Shown: positions 38,253 through 48,476 of the stretch, in pieces
Layout of the letters: every line of letters begins with the position of its first letter
Position numbering within the stretch: the first letter of the stretch is position 1
NCBI GenBank assembly: GCA_947478395.1
Contig: CANJVR010000002.1
Coordinates: forward strand, 544,001 to 608,000
Direction: 5' to 3'
Origin: Opitutia bacterium
GTDB taxonomy: Bacteria > Verrucomicrobiota > Verrucomicrobiia > Opitutales > Opitutaceae
DNA: 64,000 bases
Notes under the pieces: model-generated
Told to the model about the DNA's origin: nothing
What the model saw: the letters and a program-made list of their open reading frames with translations, nothing else
Database searches by the model: none
Translations under genes and position numbers: made by a program

Positions 38253-38732
38253 ATGCCCGAGTTCGATTACATCCTCGTTGTTTGCACGGCCAACATTTGC
38301 CGCAGTCCAATGGCGGCGGCGCTTCTTCAACACGCTCTTTCTGCCCAGCCGCCGCCGCTTCGTTCCCTGAAGGTTCTGTCGGCTTCGGTCGCCGGCGGCA
38401 AAGGCGATACGGTCAGCCAGAATTCCGTCACCGCGCTGAAAAAAGTGGGCCTTGATATTTCTGGATACCGGAGTCGTCCGGCAACCGAAGACCTCGTGAA
38501 AAACGCGCGCCTTGTCCTAGGCATGACGGAGTCGCACCGGACCATGCTGCAGGCAGGTCTCAGTCCCACGCCACGCCACGTTTATCTTTTTCGTGAGTTC
38601 ATGCCGCCGCCGGCCGACATTGAAATCGCGGATCCCTTCGGCGGATCGCTTAAGCATTACGAAACAGCGCGCGACGAAATGGTCGAAGCCATCCCAAGTC
38701 TGGTGGAATTTATCCGCAAGCAGATGAAGTAA
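38253..38732 (+). CDS. Low-molecular-weight protein arginine/tyrosine phosphatase
   Basis: [13 protein letters not shown]-loop, IADPFG. Confidence 0.88.
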   Translation: MPEFDYILVVCTANICRSPMAAALLQHALSAQPPPLRSLKVLSASVAGGKGDTVSQNSVTALKKVGLDISGYRSRPATEDLVKNARLVLGMTESHRTMLQAGLSPTPRHVYLFREFMPPPADIEIADPFGGSLKHYETARDEMVEAIPSLVEFIRKQMK

Positions 38733-39028
38733 AGGCATCGGATTTCGACCCCACGGCGGTCCAAAATCCCACCGGGGCCGACGCCGGAGACGAATTCCCT
38801 GGGCCTCGTTGTGGCCAAAAGTCCGACGACTTTCTCCCCCGCCCAACGATATCGGCCGGATCGATTCCGTCTTGCGAACGTGGCGCGCAGGCCGGGCTTC
38901 AGGCCTCGATTGGTCAGCAGCGAATTTGGCCCACGGGGTGCAATCGAGCGGCTGCACCGCAACCGTTCACCGGCCAAAAAAATCTTTGCGTCGGCCCGCG
39001 TTTGCGTGAGCGTGACTGCTTTCCCGCC

Positions 39029-40294
39029 ATGCTGAACTCCTCGCCGCTTCCCGCGCTCGATCCAGAAATTTATTCGGCCATCGCGGCCGAGTTCGCCCGC
39101 CAGCAGAGCCACATCGAGCTCATTGCCTCGGAAAATTTCACCTATCCGGCCGTCATGCAGGCCCAAGGTAGCGTGCTCACGAACAAATACGCCGAAGGCT
39201 ACCCCGGCAAACGCTGGTATGGCGGCTGCGAATTCGTCGACAAAGTCGAACAGCTCGCCATCGACCGCGCGAAAAAACTTTTCGGCGCCGATCACGCCAA
39301 CGTTCAGCCCCACTCGGGCTCGCAAGCGAACTTCGCCGTTTACACGTCCTGTCTTCAGCCCGGCGACAAGATTCTGGGCATGAACCTGAGCCACGGCGGA
39401 CACCTCACGCACGGCAATCCCGCGAATTTCTCCGGCAAACTCTATAACTTCGTCCAATACGGCGTGCGCGCGGACACCGGCTTGATCGACTACGATGAAC
39501 TCGCGGCGACCGCGGAGCGCGAGCGTCCGAAGATGATCACCGTCGGCGCCAGCGCCTATTCCCGCGTCATCGATTTCGCGCGTATGGGCGAGATCGCCCG
39601 GAGCGTCGGTGCACTGCTCTTTGCCGATATCGCGCACATCGCCGGACTGGTTGCCGCCGGCGAACATCCCTCCCCCGTGCCGCACGCCGATTTCGTCACC
39701 ACCACCACACACAAAACTCTGCGTGGTCCGCGTGGCGGACTGGTGCTCTGCAAATCGGCGCACGCCAAGTCCATCGATTCCGCGGTCTTCCCCGGTGCGC
39801 AGGGCGGACCGTTGATGCACGTGATCGCCGCGAAGGCGGTCTGTTTCGCCGAGTGCCTGAAGCCCGAATTCAAAACCTACTCGGCACAGGTCATCAAAAA
39901 CTCCCGCGCCCTAGCTGCGGCGATGACCGGGCGCGGCTATAAAATTCTCACGGGCGGCACCGACAACCACCTGTTCCTCGTCGATCTGCGCGGGAATCTG
40001 CCCGAACTCACGGCTAAGAAGGCGCAGGAGACGCTCGATCTCGCCCATATCACCTGCAACAAGAACACGGTCCCCTACGAAACGCGCTCGCCGTTTCAGG
40101 CTTCCGGAATCCGTCTCGGCACGCCCGCCGTCACGACCCGAGGTTTGCTTGAAACCGACATGGACGAAATCGCCGCGTGCATCCATCTCGTGCTACCTGC
40201 GATCGGCACACCGGGCGAAGCCGCCGCGTTGGACGCCGCCACGAAACGCGCGGAGGCACTCATGCGCCGTTTCCCTTTGCCGTACGTACTTTGA
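39029..40294 (+). CDS. glyA: Serine hydroxymethyltransferase
   Basis: [28 protein letters not shown]. Confidence 0.97.
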   Translation: MLNSSPLPALDPEIYSAIAAEFARQQSHIELIASENFTYPAVMQAQGSVLTNKYAEGYPGKRWYGGCEFVDKVEQLAIDRAKKLFGADHANVQPHSGSQANFAVYTSCLQPGDKILGMNLSHGGHLTHGNPANFSGKLYNFVQYGVRADTGLIDYDELAATAERERPKMITVGASAYSRVIDFARMGEIARSVGALLFADIAHIAGLVAAGEHPSPVPHADFVTTTTHKTLRGPRGGLVLCKSAHAKSIDSAVFPGAQGGPLMHVIAAKAVCFAECLKPEFKTYSAQVIKNSRALAAAMTGRGYKILTGGTDNHLFLVDLRGNLPELTAKKAQETLDLAHITCNKNTVPYETRSPFQASGIRLGTPAVTTRGLLETDMDEIAACIHLVLPAIGTPGEAAALDAATKRAEALMRRFPLPYVL

Positions 40295-40759
40295 GCTCTT
40301 CGGAGCACCACCCGAACGGGCTTGGGATCCGCCTTTTCGAGCGGGGGTGGCGAGGCAACGGGAACCCCGCTCTTTCGTACGCACGTAGCTTTGAGTTACT
40401 CTGAGTAATTCGGTTTCGCCGTGTGACCAAGAAACGATTCCGCCCGGTCCGCGCCGCACTCTCGCTCAACGCGCCGACCACGCCCGACATCGACACGAAA
40501 ATTTCGCCTCCGGCTGCCAGCGATCAAGTCAGTGACCGCCACGCCGTGGCGCACCACCGCGAGCGGTCTCTTCATCGACGGCGTCGGGGCGGTGCGCGAA
40601 CTCGACGGCGAAGCGATCCTGCGTTGGTGAACGTTTTAAAATTTGGTTGAGAGCACGCCAGCTCGCTCGTGCGCCAACGCGCCACATTCGTCCGCAATCC
40701 AGGAACCTCCTTTGCGCCTTGGCGTCGGGCCGGATAGCGTTTTCCGTCTTTACTTCATC

Positions 40760-42097
40760 GTGTCCAAATCTCCCGCCGCCCCCCAACCCGCCGCTTCGCC
40801 CCGACCGCTGTCACTCGGCGTCATTTTCCTCACGCTTTACATCGATCTCATCGGGTTCTCGATCATCTTCCCGCTCGGGCCCGACTTGCTCGCGTACTAC
40901 CTGAACATCGACGGCCACAGCGGCGCCCTGGGGTGGTTGCTCAGCCAGACCGATGCCGCGGCCCACGCCCTCGGTCGCGACAACGCTTTCGCTGCGGTTC
41001 TTTTCGGCGGAGTGCTCAGTTCCTTTTTTTCCATCCTGCAATTTATCTTCGCGCCATTTTGGGGCGCGATTTCCGACAAACGGGGTCGCCGGGGCGTGCT
41101 GCTCATGACCGTCGCTGGCACGGCAGGCGGCTACCTGGTGTGGGTGTTAAGCGGCTCATTCTGGCTCTTCCTACTTTCGCGCATCGTCACCGGCGGCTTC
41201 AGCGGAAATCTTTCGGTTGCCACCGCGGCCGTCGCTGACGTCACCACGCGCGCCGAGCGTTCGAAAGCGATGGGCATTGTCGGCGCGGCGTTCGGCCTGG
41301 GCCTCGTCACGGGTCCGGCGCTTGGCGCGCTCACCGCGCACATCAATCTCCTCGACGCGTATCCCTCGCTCGCGCGGTTCGGGATCAATCCGTTTTCCGT
41401 ACCCGCCCTGATCGCGCTCGGCATGTGTGTCGTTAATCTTTTTTGGATTCAGCGACGCTTCAAGGAAACCCTCACGCCCGCGGCGCAGGCTGAGGCGCGC
41501 GACCCACGCATTCGCAATCCCATCAGCGCGATCTTCGGTCTCTCAAACCCCGCCGTGCGCCGCGCCAATCTCGTCGCCTTCGTGTACGCGGTCGCATTTG
41601 TCGCGATGGAATCGTCGCTCACGTTTTTGGCCGCGCAGCGCTTCGGCTACACCGCGCGGCAAAACGGCTGGCTGCTCGGCTTTCTCGGGCTCTGCTCGAT
41701 TGTGACTCAAGGTTATATCGTCCGGAAACTGCTCACGCGCATCGAAGAAACCCGCATACTGAGCGCCGGGCTCGTGTGCTCCGCCCTCGGTCTGTTGCTC
41801 ATCGGGATCGCGACCCAACCCTGGCTGCTCTACGTCGGTCTCGCGTTGCTCGCGGTCGGCTCCGGTCTCGTCAATCCCGCCACCACCGGTCTGATCTCGC
41901 TCTACAGCGGCCCGGAGGAACAGGGCCGCGTGCTGGGAATTTTCCGCTCCTTGGGTTCGCTCGCGCGTGCCATCACTCCGATCGCCGCTGGGATCGTATT
42001 CTGGCTGCTCGGGTCACGCAGCGTGTTCGTGGGTGGCGCAGTGTTTGCCGCGATCGCGTTCGGCTTGAGCGCGGCCCTGCCCAAACCGGTGAAATGA
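40760..42097 (+). CDS. MFS transporter (TetA-like)
   Basis: GAISDKRGRR motif A, multiple TM helices. Confidence 0.85.
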   Translation: MSKSPAAPQPAASPRPLSLGVIFLTLYIDLIGFSIIFPLGPDLLAYYLNIDGHSGALGWLLSQTDAAAHALGRDNAFAAVLFGGVLSSFFSILQFIFAPFWGAISDKRGRRGVLLMTVAGTAGGYLVWVLSGSFWLFLLSRIVTGGFSGNLSVATAAVADVTTRAERSKAMGIVGAAFGLGLVTGPALGALTAHINLLDAYPSLARFGINPFSVPALIALGMCVVNLFWIQRRFKETLTPAAQAEARDPRIRNPISAIFGLSNPAVRRANLVAFVYAVAFVAMESSLTFLAAQRFGYTARQNGWLLGFLGLCSIVTQGYIVRKLLTRIEETRILSAGLVCSALGLLLIGIATQPWLLYVGLALLAVGSGLVNPATTGLISLYSGPEEQGRVLGIFRSLGSLARAITPIAAGIVFWLLGSRSVFVGGAVFAAIAFGLSAALPKPVK

Positions 42098-43290
42098 AAA
42101 TCGGGCGCACCATCGCTCTCGCCCTCGCGAGCACCGCATGCGTGTGGCTCGCCGGCTGTATTTCTTTTCATCGCGAGCGGCCCCGCCCCGGCCGCACCAC
42201 GCTGAGCTCACCGCTAGTCGTGCTGCCCGCACAAAAACTGGGTTCCTATCTCGTGATCGAGGCCAAATGGGATCGCGCCGGCCCGTGGCATTTTCTCGTC
42301 GATACCGGCTCGACCGTCACCCACGTATCCCCGGAATTCGCCAAACGCTACGGGGTGAAAAATCCCGCGACCGACGGCGCCACCGATATCCACGTCAAGT
42401 CCGCGACCGGCGCCACTCTCGTCCTCGCTCCGATTACCCTCCGGCGTGTCCAACTTGGCGAAGCCGCGTTTGAGGACGTCCGCGCCGTCATCAACGCCAC
42501 TTCCTGCGAGCAGCTGTCCGCGCACTTGGGCGTGAAGATCGACGGCATCCTCGGTTTCCCGCTTTTCCGGGAGACGTTGCTGACCTTCGACTATCCGCAC
42601 GAACGCATCCTACTCGCTCCGGCCAGCAGCCGCGCACTGCTGCCGGGCATCGCGATCCCATTCAGCAATTCGAGCAAGTCGCCCATCATCCCGGTCCGCA
42701 TCGCCGACCGCACTTTTATCGCGCTGCTCGATTCCGGCAGCGACTGCGCACTGAGCATAAATCCCATCGGGCTGAGGCCGCTCTTCGGATTTGGCCCACG
42801 CGAGGGAAACATCGTGAGCACCTTGACGGGCGATCACACGCAACAGATCGGCCGGCTCGACGAACCTCTCGCGATCGGCAACTACGTCGTCTCAAAACCA
42901 ATCGCGCATCTTTCCGACGATCTCTCCGCCATCGGCGGCGCCATCCTCGAAAATTTCACGGTCACTTTCGATCAGGAGCACGATCGCGTCACGTTTCACC
43001 GCGAGACCACGGCGCCGATCGCGCCCGTGCCGCGTCGCAGTGCAGGCATCAGTTTTGCCAAGAGTCCCGCCTACTGGCGGGTCGCGGGCGTCGTGCCCGA
43101 CTCTCCAGCGGCCACGGCGGAAGTCGAGACGGGCGATCTGGTCACGCGCATTAACGGCGAGCCCGTCGAGCGCTGGGATTTTCGCCGCTACGAGGAACTT
43201 GTCGCGCACGCGCCGACGATCACGTTCACTTTTCTGTACGGCACGCGCGAAACGGAGAAATCGCTGCGCGTGTTCGAACTGGTCCCGTGA
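42094..43290 (+). CDS. Lipoprotein with tandem aspartyl protease domains and PDZ
   Basis: LAGC lipobox, LVDTGS, GILG, LLDSGS, C-terminal PDZ. Confidence 0.8.
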   Translation: MKIGRTIALALASTACVWLAGCISFHRERPRPGRTTLSSPLVVLPAQKLGSYLVIEAKWDRAGPWHFLVDTGSTVTHVSPEFAKRYGVKNPATDGATDIHVKSATGATLVLAPITLRRVQLGEAAFEDVRAVINATSCEQLSAHLGVKIDGILGFPLFRETLLTFDYPHERILLAPASSRALLPGIAIPFSNSSKSPIIPVRIADRTFIALLDSGSDCALSINPIGLRPLFGFGPREGNIVSTLTGDHTQQIGRLDEPLAIGNYVVSKPIAHLSDDLSAIGGAILENFTVTFDQEHDRVTFHRETTAPIAPVPRRSAGISFAKSPAYWRVAGVVPDSPAATAEVETGDLVTRINGEPVERWDFRRYEELVAHAPTITFTFLYGTRETEKSLRVFELVP

Positions 43291-43373
43291 GGATTTTTTC
43301 GGTGCGGCCGAGAGACGTCCGGAATCCCGTTCTACGATTGATCCATCCGCCCCAACTGCGCTTCACTGCGGCC

Positions 43374-43622
43374 ATGCCTGTCCCTGCTTCCAACGATCCG
43401 CTTCACGGTGTCACGCTTGAGACCATCGTAACGCGGCTCGTCGCGCACTATGGATGGAGCGAACTCGGCCAGCGCATCGACATCCGCTGCTTCAATTTCG
43501 ATCCCAGCGTAAAATCCAGTTTACAGTTTCTGCGCCGCACGCCGTGGGCCCGCACCAAGGTCGAGCAACTTTACGTCCGCTCGAATCTAACCGCGGATAT
43601 TGAAAAACCCGAGGCTACGTAG
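43374..43622 (+). CDS. VF530 family (DUF2132) DNA-binding protein
   Basis: [27 protein letters not shown]. Confidence 0.88.
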   Translation: MPVPASNDPLHGVTLETIVTRLVAHYGWSELGQRIDIRCFNFDPSVKSSLQFLRRTPWARTKVEQLYVRSNLTADIEKPEAT

Positions 43623-43953
43623 TGGGCGATCTGACGGCTGCGGAGCCATGACTCTGATTAGAGTTTCTTTCCCACTCCCACCAGAACTCCGGCAGAAGAT
43701 TGCCGCGCGCTCACTTTTTCTTGGCTAGCGGCCAGTATGACCTGGCGCGAAACATCGGCGGGCCGAACGCGGAAACGCTCGACGCGATCGGGCACCCCGA
43801 AGCGACCACCGCGATGGTGAGTAACCCGATTCTAGCCTCGGGACGCCGCCGCACTCACCGCCGGCGAGTTCCTAACCGACCACGCCTACGATCACACCCC
43901 CTTTTTCAAAAAAGCCTTCCCTCCTCCCGCGCCAGCCGTCTCAATCCGCCGCC

Positions 43954-44520
43954 GTGGGCCCAGCCAAAACCATAGGTGCCGGCGAAATCCAGGCCGCCAT
44001 CACTCACCTCGCCTCCGCCATCGCCACCCGTCACGGGACCGAAGGCAAATTGATCCTTCTCGGGATCGCCAACGGCGGAATTCCCCTCAGCCGCCGGCTC
44101 GCCTTGAGCCTGTCAAAGGCCTCGCCCGCGATCACCGCCAAATGTGGCACGCTCGATATTTCGTTTCATCGCGACGACATCGGGCGCCATCCCATTCCAA
44201 AAGAGTTCACGCCCACGTTGCTCCCAGCCGACGTCAACGGCGCCACCGTGATTCTCGTCGACGATGTCCTTTTTTCCGGTCGCACCGTCAAAGCCGCGCT
44301 CGACGAACTCTTCGATCACGGTCGTCCCGCCAAGGTCGAACTCGCTGTTCTCGTCGACCGCGGCCATCACCGCCTGCCCGTCACCGCCGACTACGTGGGA
44401 CTTCAGCTCGCGACCACCGCCGCCGAAAAGGTAATCGTTACTCTCGACGAAAAAAATCCCGCCCGCGACGCGATCGAGATCCGCCCCGCCCCTCGGCCGG
44501 CCGGCAACGCGAAACGCTAA
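43954..44520 (+). CDS. pyrR: PyrR/uracil phosphoribosyltransferase
   Basis: LDISFHRDD, LVDDVLFSGRT, LVDRGH; heads pyr operon. Confidence 0.88.
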   Translation: MGPAKTIGAGEIQAAITHLASAIATRHGTEGKLILLGIANGGIPLSRRLALSLSKASPAITAKCGTLDISFHRDDIGRHPIPKEFTPTLLPADVNGATVILVDDVLFSGRTVKAALDELFDHGRPAKVELAVLVDRGHHRLPVTADYVGLQLATTAAEKVIVTLDEKNPARDAIEIRPAPRPAGNAKR

Positions 44521-44543
44521 TCCGAAACCCGAAACCTATTTTC

Positions 44544-45488
44544 ATGCCCTGGACCCGCCGCCATCTCCTGACCATCGAGGAACTCAATCTCCATGAGATC
44601 GAGCAGATCCACACCACCGCGACCGCCTTCAAAAAAATTCTCGGCCGCAGCGTCAAAAAAGTTCCCGCCCTCCGCGGCAAGACTATCGTCAATCTCTTCC
44701 TCGAGCCCAGCACTCGCACGCGCATGGCTTTCGACATGGCGGCCAAGCGCCTCAGCGCCGACGTGATCGCCTTCGATGCCGCCAGCTCCAGCACGACGAA
44801 AGGCGAAACCCTGCGCGACACCGCGGAAAACATCCGCGCGCTCGGCGCCGACATGATCGTCATCCGGCACGCCGCGGCCGGCTCGCCGCTTTACCTTTCG
44901 CGCCTCCTCGACATCCCGATCATCAACGCGGGCGACGGCGCACATGAGCATCCGACGCAGGGTCTCCTCGACACGTTTACCATGATCGAGCACCTCGGCA
45001 GCCTGCGGGGCCGCAAGATCGTCATCCTTGGCGACATTCTTTTCAGCCGCGTGGCGCGCTCGAACATTCACGCGCTCACCAAGCTCGGCGCCGCGGTCAC
45101 TCTGGTCGGACCCTCGACCCTCGTCCCGGAATGGTTCACCGCGCTCGGCGTGAAAGTTTCGCACGATCTGCGCAGCGCGCTCGCCGACGCCGAGGTCGTG
45201 ATGCTGCTTCGCATCCAGCATGAACGGCAGTCGAGCGGTCATTTTCCGTCGCTGGGCGAATACACCAGTATGTTCGGTTTGAACAAAACCCGCGCGGGCT
45301 GGCTGAATCCCAAGGCGATCATCATGCATCCCGGCCCGATCAACCGTGGGGTGGAAATCGACAGCGAACTCGCCGACGGCCCGCGCAGTGTGATCCTGGA
45401 ACAAGTGACCAACGGGATCGCCGTTCGCATGGCGGTGCTTTACCTCTGCTCCGGCGGCCAACCCGAACACGTTATGCCAGCAGAATGA
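44544..45488 (+). CDS. pyrB: Aspartate carbamoyltransferase catalytic subunit
   Basis: EPSTRT, NAGDG.HEHPTQ, MHPGP. Confidence 0.95.
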   Translation: MPWTRRHLLTIEELNLHEIEQIHTTATAFKKILGRSVKKVPALRGKTIVNLFLEPSTRTRMAFDMAAKRLSADVIAFDAASSSTTKGETLRDTAENIRALGADMIVIRHAAAGSPLYLSRLLDIPIINAGDGAHEHPTQGLLDTFTMIEHLGSLRGRKIVILGDILFSRVARSNIHALTKLGAAVTLVGPSTLVPEWFTALGVKVSHDLRSALADAEVVMLLRIQHERQSSGHFPSLGEYTSMFGLNKTRAGWLNPKAIIMHPGPINRGVEIDSELADGPRSVILEQVTNGIAVRMAVLYLCSGGQPEHVMPAE

Positions 45489-45947
45489 ATGGCCACGAGG
45501 AGGCACGAGAAAGCACACCAAGGGCATGACCCCATATTCCATCAACCCACGGTGCGACGTCCTTCGCGAAACCCGTTTCGCCATTCACCGCTTCCATCGC
45601 CACGGCCACGTCGCAAAGATCGATGAAAACGCTCTGGCTCATCGACTGCGGAAGGCCGGGCTTTCCGTTCAACAGAAATTTCCAGTGAACGTTTTGGATA
45701 AAGATGGCACGCCGCTGGGAGAGTTTTTCGCCGACCTTGTTGTCGAGAATCGTCTCATCGTTGAGCTCAAGGCCGCACGGAGTGTCGTCGACCAGCATAT
45801 CGCACAATTGCTGGGCTATCTCCGGTTGTCTCGCCCCGAAACCGGCCGGCTCATTAATTTCGGGGCACCGGCCCTCTTTGTTGAAAAATATCTCATGTCC
45901 CACCCGCTCTGATTTTTGTGCCTTCTCGTGCCTCTTCGTGGCCATTC
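45487..45947. mobile_element. GxxExxY cassette bounded by 31-bp inverted repeats
   Basis: 45487-45517 vs reverse complement of 45917-45947: 29/31 identical, 9-nt periodic. Confidence 0.7.
45526..45912 (+). CDS. GxxExxY family PD-(D/E)xK nuclease-like protein, signature eroded
   Basis: ADL.VE..LIVELKA, H.AQLLGYL, LINFG; signature reads GHVAKID. Confidence 0.75.
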   Translation: MTPYSINPRCDVLRETRFAIHRFHRHGHVAKIDENALAHRLRKAGLSVQQKFPVNVLDKDGTPLGEFFADLVVENRLIVELKAARSVVDQHIAQLLGYLRLSRPETGRLINFGAPALFVEKYLMSHPL

Positions 45948-45959
45948 CTCCGACTTCCG

Positions 45960-47249
45960 ATGCCTAACCTCTGGATTCAAAACGCCCGCGTAATTGACCC
46001 CGCCGCCAAACGCGACGGGGTCGGCGATCTCTTCGTTCGCGATGGCAAACTCGTCCCTTCCCTTTCGGCAGCCGATAAGAAGCGCGCGAAAAAAATCGAC
46101 GGCACCGGTCTCGTCGCCTGTCCCGGCCTTGTCGATATCCACGTCCACTTCCGCGAGCCCGGCCAGACGCACAAGGAAACCATCGCCACCGGTTCCCGTG
46201 CCGCCGCCGCCGGCGGTTTCACCACGGTCGTCTGCATGCCCAACACCGCACCCGTCGCGGACAACGCCGGCACGATTCAGTTCATCAATGATGCCGTCCG
46301 CCGCGATGCCGTCGTGCGCGTCCTCCCCACCGGCTGTATCACCGCCGGCATGAAGGGCACCGCGCTCGCGCCGATCGGTTCGCTCAAGCGCGCCGGTGTC
46401 GTTGCGATCACCGACGACGGCGACTGCGTGCAGTCCAACGAACTCATGCGGCGCGCCTGCGAGTACGCAAAGATGTTCGACCTGCCGATCATGGATCACT
46501 GTCAGGACCATTCCATGACGGTGGGCTCGGTCATGAACGAGGGCATCATGTCCACCCGCCTCGGTCTCCGTGGCTGGCCCAACGCCGCCGAAGATCTGAT
46601 CGTCGCCCGCAACGTCGTGCTCTCCGAGTACACGGGCGCGCACATCCATCTCCAACACATCTCGTCGAAATTTTCGGTCGATGTCATTCGCCGCGCGAAA
46701 AATCGCGGCGCGAAAATCACCGCTGAAGCGACGCCCCATCACATCGCACTCACCGACGCATCGCTCGCGACCTACGACACCAATTTCAAAATGAATCCTC
46801 CGCTGCGCACCGAGGAGGATCGCCTGGCGATCATCGCCGGCCTGCGCGATGGCGCGATCGATATCGTCGCGACGGATCACGCGCCGCACACCGACTACGA
46901 AAAAGACAAGGAGTTCGATTTCGCGCCCAACGGTATTCTCGGTCTTGAGACGGCCCTGCCTGTTACGCTCGAAATCCTCGTCCGCCAAAACAAGTTCAAG
47001 CTCCCGTTCGTGATCGACCTCATGACCCGCCGGCCCGCGGATATCCTCAAACTCCCTTCCGGCACACTCGGTGATGGCGCTGCGGCCGATATCACTCTTT
47101 TCGATCCGACGGAAAAATGGCACTACGACGCCAAGAACGGGCAGAGCAAATCGAGCAATTCACCGTGGCATGGCCAGACCCTGACCGGTCGCGTGAAGGT
47201 CACCATCGTAGCCGGCCGCGTCGTGTTCGCCGACGGCAGGATTCAGTGA
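45960..47249 (+). CDS. pyrC: Dihydroorotase
   Basis: DIHVHFREPG, KMNPPLR, ATDHAPH. Confidence 0.95.
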   Translation: MPNLWIQNARVIDPAAKRDGVGDLFVRDGKLVPSLSAADKKRAKKIDGTGLVACPGLVDIHVHFREPGQTHKETIATGSRAAAAGGFTTVVCMPNTAPVADNAGTIQFINDAVRRDAVVRVLPTGCITAGMKGTALAPIGSLKRAGVVAITDDGDCVQSNELMRRACEYAKMFDLPIMDHCQDHSMTVGSVMNEGIMSTRLGLRGWPNAAEDLIVARNVVLSEYTGAHIHLQHISSKFSVDVIRRAKNRGAKITAEATPHHIALTDASLATYDTNFKMNPPLRTEEDRLAIIAGLRDGAIDIVATDHAPHTDYEKDKEFDFAPNGILGLETALPVTLEILVRQNKFKLPFVIDLMTRRPADILKLPSGTLGDGAAADITLFDPTEKWHYDAKNGQSKSSNSPWHGQTLTGRVKVTIVAGRVVFADGRIQ

Positions 47250-47289
47250 CCACGCCCCTTCATTGCAGTCGCTGCAGCTTCTGAGCGTT

Positions 47290-47402
47290 GGCCACGAAAA
47301 GGCCCTGAAAGTTGGACGGCTCCGGCGAATTCTCCATGCGGCTGAAAGCGCGCCACGCGACGTGGACCTAGGATAAGAAATTTTTGTGTCTCCTCGCCGG
47401 CC
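47290..47402. repeat. Degenerate empty copy of the GxxExxY-flanking inverted repeat
   Basis: GGCCACGAAAAGGCCCTGAAA ... TTTTTGTGTCTCCTCGCCGGCC. Confidence 0.5.
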
Positions 47403-47518
47403 AAGCTCTGGAGAATTCAGTTCCGCTCTCTCTAACGTCCGAGCCTTACGCCAACTTCGATCGGCTTCCGCGCGCTTGCGCGGCCGCGCGGTTTCCGCCG
47501 GACTCGGCGTTTTATTTC

Positions 47519-48331
47519 ATGTCTGTCCTCTCCACCCAGATCGCGATCGGCTTCGAACTCTCACTCCTGCTTAGCGGCGCGTGGATCCTCTGGCGTCTCG
47601 TGCTGAGCCCAGCCGCGCGGACCGCCCGTAAACCGTCCCGTCTGGCCGCGTGGGATATCGCAGCCTCCGATTTCCTCCTCTTTGTTTGGCTCGTGATCAT
47701 CGGTGGTCTTGTGGTGCAAATTGGCGCCGGCCATTTGCTCAAGCGCGCAGATATCGACGCCAATTGGCGGATCATTTTTGTGGGCGGGTCTGTTCACATT
47801 GGCATGCTGGCCGGCATGGTCGCTTTTCGGCTTTTCGTGCGGCGGCCGCCGCCCAGTGAACCACTCGTTACGCTGCATCCGGCCATTTCCGGGGTTGCGA
47901 CTTTTTTGATTTCGATTCCCGTCCTGACCGTGGTCAGCCTCGCGTGGCAGGGCTTGCTCCAGCTCTGCGGTATTCCGGCGGAGAAGCAGGATCTCATCGA
48001 TCTTTTCGCCAAAGCCAAATCGCCCGGCTTACTTCTCTTCCTGACCTCGTTCGCCGTTGTGGTCGCCCCCATCAGCGAGGAAATGTTGTTTCGCGCGGGT
48101 ATCTTTCGCTACGCCCGCACGCGCCTCCCGCGCTGGGCCGCACTCTTTTTGCCCGCCTGTCTCTTCGGCGCGCTGCATTTCAACCTTGCCAGCTTTGCGC
48201 CGCTCGTCGCCCTCGGGATTATTTTTTCCCTCGCCTACGAACGCACCGGACGGATCGGCACCACGATGGTCGCCCACGCCCTTTTTAACTTAAACACCGT
48301 GGTGCTTATCCTCTCGGGGATCGATCGCTGA
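47519..48331 (+). CDS. CPBP (CAAX/Abi) intramembrane metalloprotease
   Basis: EEMLFR, FGALH, HALFN. Confidence 0.85.
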   Translation: MSVLSTQIAIGFELSLLLSGAWILWRLVLSPAARTARKPSRLAAWDIAASDFLLFVWLVIIGGLVVQIGAGHLLKRADIDANWRIIFVGGSVHIGMLAGMVAFRLFVRRPPPSEPLVTLHPAISGVATFLISIPVLTVVSLAWQGLLQLCGIPAEKQDLIDLFAKAKSPGLLLFLTSFAVVVAPISEEMLFRAGIFRYARTRLPRWAALFLPACLFGALHFNLASFAPLVALGIIFSLAYERTGRIGTTMVAHALFNLNTVVLILSGIDR

Positions 48332-48476
48332 CGTGATGACCATCACGACAAAATCTCAAACGCCGGGGGCTAGAGCTTTGGGCAGGGTGCCCTCACCCCG
48401 TCGCTTGGCGTGTAATGGCCCCCGCCCCACCGCAGGCGGCGTAATGGTCTCACGCGGGCTCTGACCCCGGCGCTTC

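Noticed and set aside
40295..40759. Structured RNA between glyA and the MFS gene
   Set aside because: Only short hairpins, with no match to a riboswitch consensus I recognise.
43623..43953. PyrR-binding attenuator upstream of pyrR
   Set aside because: No recognisable AGUCC/AGAGAG binding loop or terminator found by eye.
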